Shown here piece after piece: positions 1-10,202 of a DNA stretch of 64,000 bases (the first letter of the stretch is position 1; each line of letters begins with the position of its first letter). The position numbers were made by a program, and so were the translations under genes. The notes under the pieces were generated by a model. That model was given only the letters and a program-made list of their open reading frames with translations, was not told the DNA's origin and did not search any database. The DNA is from a bacterium (lineage in GTDB: Bacteria; Desulfobacterota_D; UBA1144). The DNA lies in NCBI GenBank assembly GCA_018654605.1, contig JABILG010000002.1, positions 12,817-76,816 on the forward strand. Direction: 5' to 3'.

Positions 1-2
1 TA

Positions 3-1706
3 ATTATGTCTGGTGACTCTACACACAAAGGAATCAATGGAATCTTTAAAAGGCTAGAAAGAAAGACTTACAAAATGCATATCAGAGTACTCTTAAGTAA
101 ATATAGAACTCCTACTCTTTGCAACGAATGTGGAGGCTCAAGAATTAATAAGATTGCTTCTAATGTTCGGCTAAATGGATTAACCATAAATGAACTTTGT
201 GACTTAAGCATTGAAGAACTTGAGATTTTTTTTAATAAGTTAGAGATTAAAGACGTTGATACTAAAATAATAGATGAGCCCTTGAAACAATGTAAATCTA
301 GACTCAAATTTCTAATAGAAGTTGGACTAGAATACTTATCACTCAATAGGTTAGGTAGAACCTTGTCTGGAGGTGAAATTCAAAGAGTTAATCTTTCTCA
401 GCAACTTGGGTCTGAACTTACTGATACTTTATATGTTTTAGATGAACCATCAATCGGACTTCATGCCAAAGATATTAACAATCTGTACAAAACTATTATT
501 AACCTTAGGAATCTAGATAATACTATTATTCTAATTGAGCATGATTTAAGTATTATATCAAAAGCTGATTGGATTATTGAGCTAGGACCAAGATCAGGAA
601 AAATGGGGGGGGAATTAATTCATTGTGGTGACTATAAGTCACTTAAAAGAAATAAAGAATCAATTACGTCAAAATATCTAAACAAAAGAATTCAAATAGA
701 AAAATCTATATCAAAAAGTCTTTCAAAAGATAGGATAAAGATTAAGAACGCATCATTAAACAATATCAAGAACGTCAGCTTTGAAGTACCTTTAGGGTGT
801 ATTACATGTGTCACGGGAGTTTCCGGTTCAGGTAAAAGCACACTTATTAAAGACTGTTTCTATGGAAATGCCTGCAAACAATTTGGGCAAACTTACACAA
901 ATCCAGGTTCAGTAGATTCTATTTCAGGTTTATCGAAGATTAATGAGCTGATAATGATAAATCAAGATACAGTTGGAACTAGCGCAAGATCAAATCCAGC
1001 AAGCTACATGAAAATCTATGACGATATTCGGTCGATAATATCTAAGGTCTCAGAATCTAAATCACAAGGATTAAAGCCGGGGGATTTTTCTTTTAATACA
1101 GATGGAGGAAGATGCGACGACTGCAAGGGTGACGGAAAGAAGATTGTAGAAATGCAGTTTCTTTCTGATCTTGAAGTTGTTTGTGATTCTTGTAATGGAA
1201 AAAGATTTAACAACAATATCTTAAAAATTAAGTTCCAAGGAAAGAATATAAATGAAATATTAGATCTCACTACCGATGAGGCAATTGTTTTCTTTCAAAA
1301 TCACAACAAAATAGTTAGAAAACTAAAGATTTTATCCTCTGTTGGTCTAGGATATTTGTCCCTCGGGCAACCTACTAATACTTTATCTGGGGGTGAATCA
1401 CAAAGGATTAAAATTGCAAAGTCATTGCTTGCAAAGAACACAAAGAATGTTCTTTACATCTTAGACGAACCATCAATAGGACTTCACGTTGATGATTTAA
1501 GAAATTTGATACAAACCTTTGAATTTTTAGTTGGAAGCGGAAACACTCTACTTATCATAGAGCACAACATAGATATAATAAAAATTGCAGACTATATAAT
1601 AGACATTGGCCCTGGAGGTGGCAATAAGGGTGGAAAGATTATTGCTTCAGGAACAATAAAAGAAGTTATGAAGAATAATTCCTCAATAATTAAAAATTAC
1701 CTTTAG
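3..1706 (+). CDS. uvrA: Excinuclease ABC subunit UvrA, C-terminal ~570 aa; the N-terminus lies upstream of the window
   Basis: The ORF runs to the left window edge. It shows a zinc-finger CNECGG...C, ABC signature LSGGEIQR followed by YVLDEPSIGLH, a second Walker A GVSGSGKST, a second zinc finger CDDCKGDG...CDSCNG, and a second signature LSGGESQRIKIA followed by YILDEPSIGLH. Confidence 0.85.
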   Translation: MMSGDSTHKGINGIFKRLERKTYKMHIRVLLSKYRTPTLCNECGGSRINKIASNVRLNGLTINELCDLSIEELEIFFNKLEIKDVDTKIIDEPLKQCKSRLKFLIEVGLEYLSLNRLGRTLSGGEIQRVNLSQQLGSELTDTLYVLDEPSIGLHAKDINNLYKTIINLRNLDNTIILIEHDLSIISKADWIIELGPRSGKMGGELIHCGDYKSLKRNKESITSKYLNKRIQIEKSISKSLSKDRIKIKNASLNNIKNVSFEVPLGCITCVTGVSGSGKSTLIKDCFYGNACKQFGQTYTNPGSVDSISGLSKINELIMINQDTVGTSARSNPASYMKIYDDIRSIISKVSESKSQGLKPGDFSFNTDGGRCDDCKGDGKKIVEMQFLSDLEVVCDSCNGKRFNNNILKIKFQGKNINEILDLTTDEAIVFFQNHNKIVRKLKILSSVGLGYLSLGQPTNTLSGGESQRIKIAKSLLAKNTKNVLYILDEPSIGLHVDDLRNLIQTFEFLVGSGNTLLIIEHNIDIIKIADYIIDIGPGGGNKGGKIIASGTIKEVMKNNSSIIKNYL

Positions 1707-1708
1707 TG

Positions 1709-2503
1709 CTAAACTTGATTAGATTTAATTTCGACCAATAATTTCTTAACTAAGTATTTATTTGCGGATATCAGACTTTTATTTTCTAGTATATTAAATT
1801 TTTTACCCTTGGAGTTGATAACTTTTCCCCCGGCTTCTTCTACAAGTAATACACCAGCAGAAGTATCCCAACTATTAAGCCCAAGCTCCCAAAAACCATC
1901 CAATCTTCCACACGCAACATACGCTAAATCTAGTGCAGCAGACCCATCTCTTCTAATTGATCTTGCTTTAAATACCAATCTTGTAAAGTTGCTAATATTT
2001 TTCTTAGCATAAGATACCTTAGATGTAATAAATCCTGTGCATAACAAAGAATCAGACAACTTCCTGATTTCACTAACTTTAATTCTTTTTTCATTCATGA
2101 ACGCACCATGATCTTTTTGAGCATAAAAGAACTCTTCTCTTAAAGGGTCATAAACTGCTCCATGGGTCATCTCACCTTTTATCATCACACCGATGGATGT
2201 ACAAAAAAAAGGGTAGTCATGAATATAATTATTTGTTCCGTCAATAGGATCTATAATCCAAGTCATATCCATTTTTTTACTAGATACTCCAGTCTCCTCT
2301 CCAATAAAAGCTGAGTCAGGAAAATCGCGCTTTATTATTTTAATTACACGTCTTTCTATTAGAATATCTTGCTTTGTTACCCAGTCATTTCTACCTTTAG
2401 ACTTTACACTTTTTATAGTTCCATAGTTCTTTAATATTACTTTTCCTGCTTCTAGACAAGCTAATTTTAGAACTTTCTTAATTTTATTATTCATTATAGA
2501 CAT
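1709..2503 (-). CDS. suhB: Inositol monophosphatase family protein (SuhB-like)
   Basis: 264 aa with WIIDPIDGTNNYIHDYPFF and GEETG motifs typical of IMPase. Confidence 0.75.
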   Translation of the reverse strand: MSIMNNKIKKVLKLACLEAGKVILKNYGTIKSVKSKGRNDWVTKQDILIERRVIKIIKRDFPDSAFIGEETGVSSKKMDMTWIIDPIDGTNNYIHDYPFFCTSIGVMIKGEMTHGAVYDPLREEFFYAQKDHGAFMNEKRIKVSEIRKLSDSLLCTGFITSKVSYAKKNISNFTRLVFKARSIRRDGSAALDLAYVACGRLDGFWELGLNSWDTSAGVLLVEEAGGKVINSKGKKFNILENKSLISANKYLVKKLLVEIKSNQV

Positions 2504-2565
2504 ATAAAATTCCTATTAGATAATTTTTAAAGTAATATAAAAGAAAAGAAAGGTAAAAAAAAGTA

Positions 2566-3009
2566 ATGATAAAAAATATTCGCTTTTCTATTGGCGCAGA
2601 CAATAAGTCTAAATGTGTATCCATCGCGAAAGAATATCTTCTTAAGAATAATTATCCTCTTATAGAATACGGAAGCTTGGCCGGTGATGGGTTAGATTGG
2701 GTAGAAATTGCAAAAATGGTTTCAAAAGATGTCCAAGAGAATAAATCAGACTTTGGGTTACTTTTTTGCTGTACAGGAACAGGTGTTACTATTGTGGCAA
2801 ACAAATTCAAAGGAATTAGAGCTGCCCTTTGCAATAGCGAACAAGTAGCAGAAGGTGCCAGAAAATGGAATGATGCTAACATATTAGGAATCGGATTAAT
2901 GAGTGTAAAAGAAACTGATATAGAGGGCATACTCTCAACATGGGTAAACACAAAAGTTGATAATCTAGAATTAAAAAATATAGAAAAAATAAGTGAGATT
3001 GAGTTATGA
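2566..3009 (+). CDS. rpiB: Ribose-5-phosphate isomerase B
   Basis: 147 aa in the RpiB/LacAB family. Motifs: IGADNKSKCVSIAKEYL, CCTGTGVTIVANKFKGIRAALC. Confidence 0.8.
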   Translation: MIKNIRFSIGADNKSKCVSIAKEYLLKNNYPLIEYGSLAGDGLDWVEIAKMVSKDVQENKSDFGLLFCCTGTGVTIVANKFKGIRAALCNSEQVAEGARKWNDANILGIGLMSVKETDIEGILSTWVNTKVDNLELKNIEKISEIEL

Positions 3010-4007
3010 GGGTAGCTATTGTTGGTGCTAGCGGAGCAGTTGGGCTAGAAATTATAAAGATTCTTCAAGAAAGAAAATTTAAGATTTCCGCATTGTCACT
3101 GTTTGGCTCTAAAAGATCTGCAGGTAAATCAATTTTCTACAAAAGAAAGCCAATTACAATAAAACAATTAAAAAGTTCCTCTTTAAAAGATTTTGATATT
3201 GTCTTTTTTTCTGCGGGAGCAAATATTAGCAAAAAATATGCTCCAATAGCTGCGGCAAATAATTGCGTTGTCATTGACAATAGCTCTGCTTTTAGAATGG
3301 AGAAGAAAGTGGCATTAGTGATTCCAGAAATTAACTCCACCCATATAAGTAAATACAAGTCTAAAATAATTGCTAATCCTAACTGTACAACCATCATTTC
3401 ATTAATGGCCATAAAGCCTTTGTATGATATAGGATCAATTAGGAGAATTGTTGCAACTAGCTTTCAATCTGTTTCAGGTGCCGGAAATGCAGGTATGACA
3501 GAATTAATATCAGAGACAAAAAGATTCTTGTCTGGTACCAAAAAGTCCAAAAATAAGGTCTTTGACCGTAACATTGCCTTTAATGTTATACCCAAGATTG
3601 GATTAATAACTAAAAATGGCTATTCAGAAGAAGAAATGAAACTTCACAATGAATCTAGAAAAATACTTTCTGATAATAGAATCCTGATTTCGGCTACTAC
3701 AGTTAGAGTTCCTGTATTAAGGTCCCATAGTATCAGCATAAATATTGAATTCGAAAAGAAAATAAGTTTAGCCAAAGCTCAAAGAGCATTGAGCAAATTC
3801 CCAGGAATACAGAATATTAAAATTGACAATCCTATGTCGTACCCAACGCCAATAGATTCTTCAAATAAAGATGACTGTCTAGTAGGCAGGCTTAGAACTG
3901 ACTACTCTACAAAGAATGGATTATCCTTATGGGTAGTTGGTGACCAAATTAGAAAAGGGGCAGCTCTTAATGCTGTTCAAATTGCTGAATGTTTACAGGA
4001 AAAGTAA
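3006..4007 (+). CDS. asd: Aspartate-semialdehyde dehydrogenase
   Basis: 333 aa; MRVAIVGASGAVG Rossmann N-terminus, NPNCTTI active-site Cys motif, SVSGAG. It overlaps rpiB by 4 nt. Confidence 0.85.
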   Translation: MRVAIVGASGAVGLEIIKILQERKFKISALSLFGSKRSAGKSIFYKRKPITIKQLKSSSLKDFDIVFFSAGANISKKYAPIAAANNCVVIDNSSAFRMEKKVALVIPEINSTHISKYKSKIIANPNCTTIISLMAIKPLYDIGSIRRIVATSFQSVSGAGNAGMTELISETKRFLSGTKKSKNKVFDRNIAFNVIPKIGLITKNGYSEEEMKLHNESRKILSDNRILISATTVRVPVLRSHSISINIEFEKKISLAKAQRALSKFPGIQNIKIDNPMSYPTPIDSSNKDDCLVGRLRTDYSTKNGLSLWVVGDQIRKGAALNAVQIAECLQEK

Positions 4008-4030
4008 TTTTATAGTACTATATATTATAA

Positions 4031-4915
4031 ATGTCTATTATTCACGGATGCATAACTGCTCTAATTACCCCATTCAAGGCTAATGGAAAGTTAGACGAGA
4101 TGGGACTAGAGAAACTAGTTCTCAGGCAAATCAAAAGCGGAGTTCATGGAATAGTCCCATGTGGTACAACAGGAGAGTCACCTACCCTTAGTTACGAAGA
4201 GCATCAAGAAGTAATCAAAATAGCAATCGATATTACCAAACGAAAGATACCTGTTATAGCAGGGACAGGGTCCAATTCAACTTATGAAGCTTTAGAAATG
4301 ACTGCAAGCGCTGAGAAGGCTGGAGCTGACGCTACACTTCAAGTAGTACCTTATTATAACAAGCCTAACCAAAGTGGTTTGTATAAACATTTCTCTAATA
4401 TTTCTAATAATACTTCTCTACCCGTAATTCTTTACAATATTCCCGGAAGATCAGTTGTCAGCCTTAAAATTGAAACCATAAATAAGTTAGCTTTAGAAAA
4501 TAAAAACATTGTCGGAATAAAAGAAGCTAGTGGAGACATAAGTACAACGAAAGAAATTAAGGCGTCCTGTCCTGAAGATTTTATCATACTATCAGGTGAA
4601 GACTCTTTAAATCTCTCGATACTTGAAGAGGGAGGGTCAGGGTTTATATCTGTAACATCAAACTTGATACCTGAGGAATGTTCTATGTTGTACAATTCAT
4701 TTCAAAAAGGTGAAGATTCAGTAGCAAAGAAAATTAATTCAGATATCGCTAAGCTAAACAAGCTCCTTTTTATAGACACAAACCCAATTCCAATTAAGTT
4801 TGCGATGAGCAAGCTGGGGTTATGTATCAACAGTCTTAGGCTACCCTTAACTACATTAGATGATGAAAAAATCTCACAACTACTAATTGAGCTTAAAAGT
4901 ATGCAACTTATTTAG
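4031..4915 (+). CDS. dapA: 4-hydroxy-tetrahydrodipicolinate synthase
   Basis: 294 aa; GIVPCGTTGESPTLS, PVIAGTGSNST and YNIPGRS motifs of DapA. Confidence 0.85.
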   Translation: MSIIHGCITALITPFKANGKLDEMGLEKLVLRQIKSGVHGIVPCGTTGESPTLSYEEHQEVIKIAIDITKRKIPVIAGTGSNSTYEALEMTASAEKAGADATLQVVPYYNKPNQSGLYKHFSNISNNTSLPVILYNIPGRSVVSLKIETINKLALENKNIVGIKEASGDISTTKEIKASCPEDFIILSGEDSLNLSILEEGGSGFISVTSNLIPEECSMLYNSFQKGEDSVAKKINSDIAKLNKLLFIDTNPIPIKFAMSKLGLCINSLRLPLTTLDDEKISQLLIELKSMQLI

Positions 4916-5506
4916 ATGAAAGAACCCCATCTAATTGAAATCGAATTACTCAAGAGTGGCAAACCAGTGATTGGCATTGATGAAGTAGGGAGAGGGTCAA
5001 TCGTAGGTCCCGTTGTAGCGTGTGCCTTTATCTTAGACTTATCAAGCAAAGATATTGAAGTAAATGACTCTAAAGTTCTATCAAAAAAGAAAAGAGCCTA
5101 TGCATTTGCGCAATTAATCAACTGCGAATCTATTTTTACACTAGGTTATGCATCTCACAAGGAAATAGACGAGATAAACATATTAAATGCAACCAAGCTT
5201 GCAATGAAAAGAGCGGTTAAGAAGCTGGATACAAGAAATGCTACTTTATTAATAGATGGTGATAAAAAGATAGGAACTGAATTTGAAGAAATCTGTGTAA
5301 TAAAAGGTGATCAAAAATGCAAGTCTATTGCTTCAGCATCAATAATCGCAAAAATCACCAGAGATTTTATATTAGAAAAGATTTCTCAAATATATCCCTA
5401 TTACAATCTCCAGAACAATAAAGGCTATGGCACCAAAGAACACATTGCCCTAATTAAGAAATTTGGCCCCAGCCCTTTCCATAGAACAACTTTTAAGATT
5501 AGATAA
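4916..5506 (+). CDS. rnhB: Ribonuclease HII
   Basis: 196 aa; IGIDEVGRGSIVGPVV N-terminal catalytic motif. Confidence 0.8.
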   Translation: MKEPHLIEIELLKSGKPVIGIDEVGRGSIVGPVVACAFILDLSSKDIEVNDSKVLSKKKRAYAFAQLINCESIFTLGYASHKEIDEINILNATKLAMKRAVKKLDTRNATLLIDGDKKIGTEFEEICVIKGDQKCKSIASASIIAKITRDFILEKISQIYPYYNLQNNKGYGTKEHIALIKKFGPSPFHRTTFKIR

Positions 5507-5508
5507 AA

Positions 5509-5537
5509 TTGACATTAAAAGTTAATTATTTTACTTT
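5509..5537 (+). promoter_or_regulatory. Putative sigma70-like promoter TTGACA-N17-TACTTT ending 6 nt before the ATG at 5544; would give a leaderless or near-leaderless transcript
   Basis: Hexamers read directly: TTGACA at 5509-5514, TACTTT at 5532-5537. There is no SD between the -10 and the ATG. Confidence 0.3.
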
Positions 5538-5543
5538 TTTTTC

Positions 5544-5888
5544 ATGGAACACAACTATGTTAAAGAGAACAAGTTCTTCTTTAAAATAGGTGAGCTTGTT
5601 GAAATAACCGGGATACCTAGTAATAAAATTCGATATTGGACTAAGAAATATAAAGAACTAGCTAATCAATTAAGAAGTAACAGTGGTACGAATCACAAGC
5701 TATATCATAAAGATTCAATACAAATAATTCTAGAAATTGATAAATATATAAAAAATATAGAAATCTTAAGTAATAATGAAAATATTAATCAGAAGCTAAA
5801 CAACAAACTTGATACCCAAATTAAAGTTAGCGAAAAACTTAAAAGACTCAGAGATAAATTAAGGAATCTAATAAATGTAAGTTTATGA
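5544..5888 (+). CDS. Hypothetical protein with MerR-like N-terminal HTH
   Basis: 114 aa; FKIGELVEITGIPSNKIRYW resembles the MerR-family recognition helix region. The remainder is K/N-rich low complexity. Confidence 0.4.
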   Translation: MEHNYVKENKFFFKIGELVEITGIPSNKIRYWTKKYKELANQLRSNSGTNHKLYHKDSIQIILEIDKYIKNIEILSNNENINQKLNNKLDTQIKVSEKLKRLRDKLRNLINVSL

Positions 5889-5942
5889 AAGATTTCTATT
5901 TATCTTAAAGCATAATTAAATAAAATTGGTTAAGATGTATTA

Positions 5943-6671
5943 ATGAAAATTCTTTTAACAAATGATGATGGTATTGAGGCAAAAGGTCTTGTTGATATAT
6001 ATGAAGTACTATGTAATTTCGGAGAAACAATAATTGTTGCTCCCGAATACAACCAAAGTACAAAAAGTCATTCTCTAAGTCTTAATACTCCTTTAAGAGT
6101 TAGAGAAACTGAAAAGAATAAGTATGCCTTACTGGGTCTTCCTGCTGATTGTGTAAACTTTGCTATAAATTCAAAAATAGGTAAGAAACCTTTTGATTTA
6201 ATTGTTTCAGGAATTAATGATGGAGCTAATATAGGAGATGATATAAATTATTCAGGAACCGTAGGAGCGGCAAGGGAAGGATTCCTTCATGGGATTAATG
6301 CAATTGCAATTTCAATTGCTAACAAAAAAGATCCAAAATATAAAGACTGTTCGACCGCTCTAAGGGGGATATTGGAGAGAATAATCTCAATCAAACTGAA
6401 ATCTTTTCTGCTAAATATTAATTATCCAAATGTAGTGCTTGATCAGATTAAAGGAATAAAAATGACGAAACAAGGTTCAAGAGCATATGGACAAACGATT
6501 ATTCCTAAAAAAGATCCTAGAGGAAATGAATACTTTTGGATTGGTGGCAATGATTTGGCTTATAAATCAAAAGTTGGTACTGATATTCATGCAATTAGAA
6601 ATAATTATATTTCAGTCACTCCATTGATAACAGACTATACAGACACAAAGAGGTTAAAATTAAAGCTATGA
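5943..6671 (+). CDS. surE: 5'/3'-nucleotidase SurE
   Basis: 242 aa; MKILLTNDDGIEAKGL and GINDGANIGDDINYSGTVGAA motifs. Confidence 0.85.
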   Translation: MKILLTNDDGIEAKGLVDIYEVLCNFGETIIVAPEYNQSTKSHSLSLNTPLRVRETEKNKYALLGLPADCVNFAINSKIGKKPFDLIVSGINDGANIGDDINYSGTVGAAREGFLHGINAIAISIANKKDPKYKDCSTALRGILERIISIKLKSFLLNINYPNVVLDQIKGIKMTKQGSRAYGQTIIPKKDPRGNEYFWIGGNDLAYKSKVGTDIHAIRNNYISVTPLITDYTDTKRLKLKL

Positions 6672-7252
6672 TAGATAAACTATATCAATATATCTTAGAG
6701 ATGTGTAGAGGACCCAGGGGTGGAATGATAATGTCGATAGTCTCTTTTACCGAGGCTGTTGTCTTTATAATACCCCCAGATCCTTTTTTAGGGCTACTTT
6801 GTATAAAAAAAACTTATGGAAGAGTTGCAAGATTAGTCTTCCTATGCCTTGTATGCTCAGTAGCTGGCGGCTGCCTTGGATACTACTTAGGAGAGGAAAT
6901 AGTAGCCTTTGGTCTTAAGAATGATATTGCAATTATATCAAACAATATAGATAAAATTAATTTAATTAGAGAAAAATTTAACGGGGGTACTTTTTTACTA
7001 ATGATTACTTCTGGCTTTACACCGCTTCCATTCAAACTCTTCTGTGTAACAGCAGGTGTATTAAATGTTGATTTCCTCCCTTTTCTTCTTGGCTCTATAG
7101 TAGGAAGAGGTTTAAGGTTCGGTTTAGTTGGCTACTTAGCAAAAGTATTTGAAGAGCAGTTTGACCAGCTGCTAAAAAGCAAAAAAGTTTTTTACTTATC
7201 AATTAGCTTAATACTAATTTTAATTATATATTTAATTATAAAATGGATATAA
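6668..7252 (+). CDS. DedA/YqaA-family small membrane protein
   Basis: 194 aa, about 4 TM segments; FTEAVVFIIPPDPFLGL matches the YqaA/DedA N-terminal motif. It overlaps surE by 4 nt. Confidence 0.5.
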   Translation: MIDKLYQYILEMCRGPRGGMIMSIVSFTEAVVFIIPPDPFLGLLCIKKTYGRVARLVFLCLVCSVAGGCLGYYLGEEIVAFGLKNDIAIISNNIDKINLIREKFNGGTFLLMITSGFTPLPFKLFCVTAGVLNVDFLPFLLGSIVGRGLRFGLVGYLAKVFEEQFDQLLKSKKVFYLSISLILILIIYLIIKWI

Positions 7253-7752
7253 AAGAATACATCAGAGATATTCCGGATTTTCCTAAAGATGGGATTCTAT
7301 ACAAGGACATAACTCCACTACTGGGAGATTATAAAGCATTTACTTTTGTAGTTAACGAAATTTCTAAAGATATACCAAAAGAAGTAACATCAATAGTCGC
7401 ACCAGAATCAAGAGGATTTATATTTGCCTCAGCCGTCTGCTACAATTTAAATAAAAACTTGGTACTTGTCAGAAAGAAAGGAAAGCTTCCGTATAAAACT
7501 TTTGAAGTCGACTATGAGTTGGAATATGGAACCGATACATTCGAAATTCATACAGATTCAATAAAACCTGGTGAAAAAATTGCAATAATTGATGACTTGC
7601 TTGCAACAGGTGGAACAATAAAGGCAATCGAGGAATTAGTTGAGAACTTTAGTTGTTCAATAAGTTCTATATCTTTTGTAATTGAATTGGAAAGTCTAAA
7701 AGGAAGGAATAACTTGAAATGTGACAACGTATCATCGCTTATAAGTTTTTAA
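7243..7752 (+). CDS. apt: Adenine phosphoribosyltransferase
   Basis: 169 aa; PRPP-binding motif IAIIDDLLATGGT; standard Apt N-terminus. Confidence 0.85.
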   Translation: MDIKEYIRDIPDFPKDGILYKDITPLLGDYKAFTFVVNEISKDIPKEVTSIVAPESRGFIFASAVCYNLNKNLVLVRKKGKLPYKTFEVDYELEYGTDTFEIHTDSIKPGEKIAIIDDLLATGGTIKAIEELVENFSCSISSISFVIELESLKGRNNLKCDNVSSLISF

Positions 7753-7756
7753 AGAC

Positions 7757-8839
7757 ATGAAAGTAATACACAAGGAAGTAGAAAATTCATATACAATTAG
7801 ATTTAGTAAAAATATTAAATCTTTTATCAACAAACAAAAAAGCATTTATTCTAAAATTGCTATAGTCTCTGACACGAATATTTGGACTCTTTACAGTAAG
7901 TCTCTTCCAAGTAAGGGAATACTAAATATAAATATTAAGCCTGGTGAAAAGAGTAAGTCTATCAGAGTCAAAAATCAAATAGAAGAAGAACTACTAAAGA
8001 ACAATTTTAATCGTAAAAGCCTTATCATTGCTATTGGTGGTGGAGTCGTAGGAGACCTAACTGCCTATACTGCGTCCACTTTTATGAGAGGTGTTGACTT
8101 AATTCATATACCAACTTCGCTAGTTGCAATTGTTGATAGCTCAATTGGTGGAAAAACTGCGATTGATAATAAATATGGAAAAAACCTAATAGGAACTTTT
8201 TATAACCCTAAAGAAATTGTCATCAATATGGACTTTCTTTCATCCTTACCAAAAAAAGAAATAAGACAGGGGATAGCCGAAATAATAAAGTACTCCATTA
8301 TTGATGATAAAGAATTATTCTCTTTACTGCGAACAATCAATAAGGACTTTCTGTCAAATACAAACAAGAATGTGGTCAAAATTGTGAAGAAATGTATAGA
8401 AATAAAAATTAAGACTATCCAGGAAGATTTCAAAGAAGGCGACAAAAGAATGATACTGAATTTCGGTCATACAGTTGGTCATGCGATTGAAAAGTTATAT
8501 AACTATTCAAAATCACACGGGGACTGTATAGGGTTGGGAATGCTAGTAGAGGCTAAAATAGCGCATGACATAAAAGAATTATCCTCCGCTAACTACGAGA
8601 AAATCAAAGAGTTACTAATGATGTATGGTCTTCTAGAATTAAAGCTTAATAAGTCTGATGCTAAAAAACTTATCTCTTTTATGAGGCTGGACAAAAAGAA
8701 TAGCGATAATAAAATTACTTTTTCTATCCCCAAGAATATAGGTAAGATGAAGACGACTAAAGGTAGGCACTCAATACAAATAAATGATAAAATTATATTG
8801 AGTGCGTTGAATAAAGTTATTAATGAAATTAAAAATTGA
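7757..8839 (+). CDS. aroB: 3-dehydroquinate synthase
   Basis: 360 aa; IAIGGGVVGDLTAYTASTFMRGVDLIHIPTSLVAIVDSSIGGKTAIDN. Confidence 0.85.
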   Translation: MKVIHKEVENSYTIRFSKNIKSFINKQKSIYSKIAIVSDTNIWTLYSKSLPSKGILNINIKPGEKSKSIRVKNQIEEELLKNNFNRKSLIIAIGGGVVGDLTAYTASTFMRGVDLIHIPTSLVAIVDSSIGGKTAIDNKYGKNLIGTFYNPKEIVINMDFLSSLPKKEIRQGIAEIIKYSIIDDKELFSLLRTINKDFLSNTNKNVVKIVKKCIEIKIKTIQEDFKEGDKRMILNFGHTVGHAIEKLYNYSKSHGDCIGLGMLVEAKIAHDIKELSSANYEKIKELLMMYGLLELKLNKSDAKKLISFMRLDKKNSDNKITFSIPKNIGKMKTTKGRHSIQINDKIILSALNKVINEIKN

Positions 8840-9416
8840 TAAATTCTCTAAACACTTAATTGATTTCACAACAGTTGATTTTGAGAAATCCTTGCTCAAG
8901 AAGAATACTATATTAGATATTGGTTGTGGCGAAGGTGAATTTATTGTAAAACTTGCATCTTTATATCCAAAAAGACAATTCATCGGCGTGGAAATTAAAT
9001 ATGGAAGAATTATCAAGTGCCTGAAGAAGGCTCACGTCTGCAAACTTGATAACCTTAAATTTGTTTTATGTGACGCAACACTATTTACTACGAAGATCTT
9101 ACATAGCAAATCGATAAATAAAGTATTTATCAACAATCCGGACCCATGGCCCAAAGAGAAGCATCAAAAGAACAGATTAGTCGACCTAGAACTTTTAACT
9201 GGGATTTATGAAAAATTAAAAAGAAGAGGAAGCCTCGTTATTAAAACTGATAGCAGTGAATATTTCAAAGAAATTAAGAGAAACATCTTAAAAACAAATT
9301 TTTCTATCGATAAATCTCAAGATAGGCTTGACTCTTCTACCTCCTTAACCAAGTTTCAGAAACTATACAGAGAAGCCAATAAAAAGATTTATTCTATTAA
9401 AGTCCAAAAAAAATAG
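8823..9416 (+). CDS. trmB: tRNA (guanine-N7)-methyltransferase
   Basis: 197 aa; SAM-MTase motif ILDIGCGEGEF and NNPDPWPKEKHQKNR typical of TrmB. It overlaps aroB by 17 nt. Confidence 0.75.
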   Translation: MKLKIDKFSKHLIDFTTVDFEKSLLKKNTILDIGCGEGEFIVKLASLYPKRQFIGVEIKYGRIIKCLKKAHVCKLDNLKFVLCDATLFTTKILHSKSINKVFINNPDPWPKEKHQKNRLVDLELLTGIYEKLKRRGSLVIKTDSSEYFKEIKRNILKTNFSIDKSQDRLDSSTSLTKFQKLYREANKKIYSIKVQKK

Positions 9417-9417
9417 T

Positions 9418-10134
9418 TTATAAGTTTTCGTTAAAAATTTTAAAAGTTCCTTCCCTTAAATCATTAATACCATCTTTGTCTGAACTATAAGCAGAAACAT
9501 CAATTTCTTTAAGAAATCTAATAGTAATTGTCCCAGGCTTTATGATAAGAGATCCTTTGTCAAGTATATCTCCGGCACCATCTATAATCATAGGGACAAT
9601 ATTAGTCACAGTTTTTCTAGCTATAAAGAACCCTCCTGTCTTAAACTCTAACAATCCCGGATTTGGATTCCTAGTACCTTCAGGAGCAATAAAAACAATT
9701 CTACCGTTCTTAATTTTCTTTAGCATTTTAACAACTTCTCTTCTATCTTCAAAAGATCCGTCTCGAGCTACAAAATAGTGTCCCATAATCTTTACTGCTT
9801 GACCAAAGACTGGGAAATTTAAAAGTTCTTTCTTCATCATAGCTCTCCAGTCATATGGCATAAACGAGCTAAAACAAAAAATATCGAAAAAACTTTTATG
9901 GTTATACATAACAACTAGTGGCTTATCTGATAGATTATCAATTCCACTTATATTTAATCTAATATTACAAAAAAATAATATTAACTTCCCCCATAATTTT
10001 ACAGTTGATAAACAAGCTAGCTTAGGAGAGAAAAGTGACACTAATATAGTTAAGAGACCAAAAACAACCGTCAATAGGGCAATTACTAACCATTTAAGGA
10101 TTGATATAATCTTACTTGTAAAATTAATATCCAT
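9418..10134 (-). CDS. plsC: 1-acyl-sn-glycerol-3-phosphate acyltransferase
   Basis: 238 aa; N-terminal TM; HxxxxD acyltransferase motif NHKSFFD; FIAPEGTR motif. Confidence 0.75.
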   Translation of the reverse strand: MDINFTSKIISILKWLVIALLTVVFGLLTILVSLFSPKLACLSTVKLWGKLILFFCNIRLNISGIDNLSDKPLVVMYNHKSFFDIFCFSSFMPYDWRAMMKKELLNFPVFGQAVKIMGHYFVARDGSFEDRREVVKMLKKIKNGRIVFIAPEGTRNPNPGLLEFKTGGFFIARKTVTNIVPMIIDGAGDILDKGSLIIKPGTITIRFLKEIDVSAYSSDKDGINDLREGTFKIFNENL

Positions 10135-10202
10135 AATTTTCCTTAATTAATTTGATAAAGATACTTTTTTCCATAAAATACTATATAGCATCGGAGGTTT
10201 AT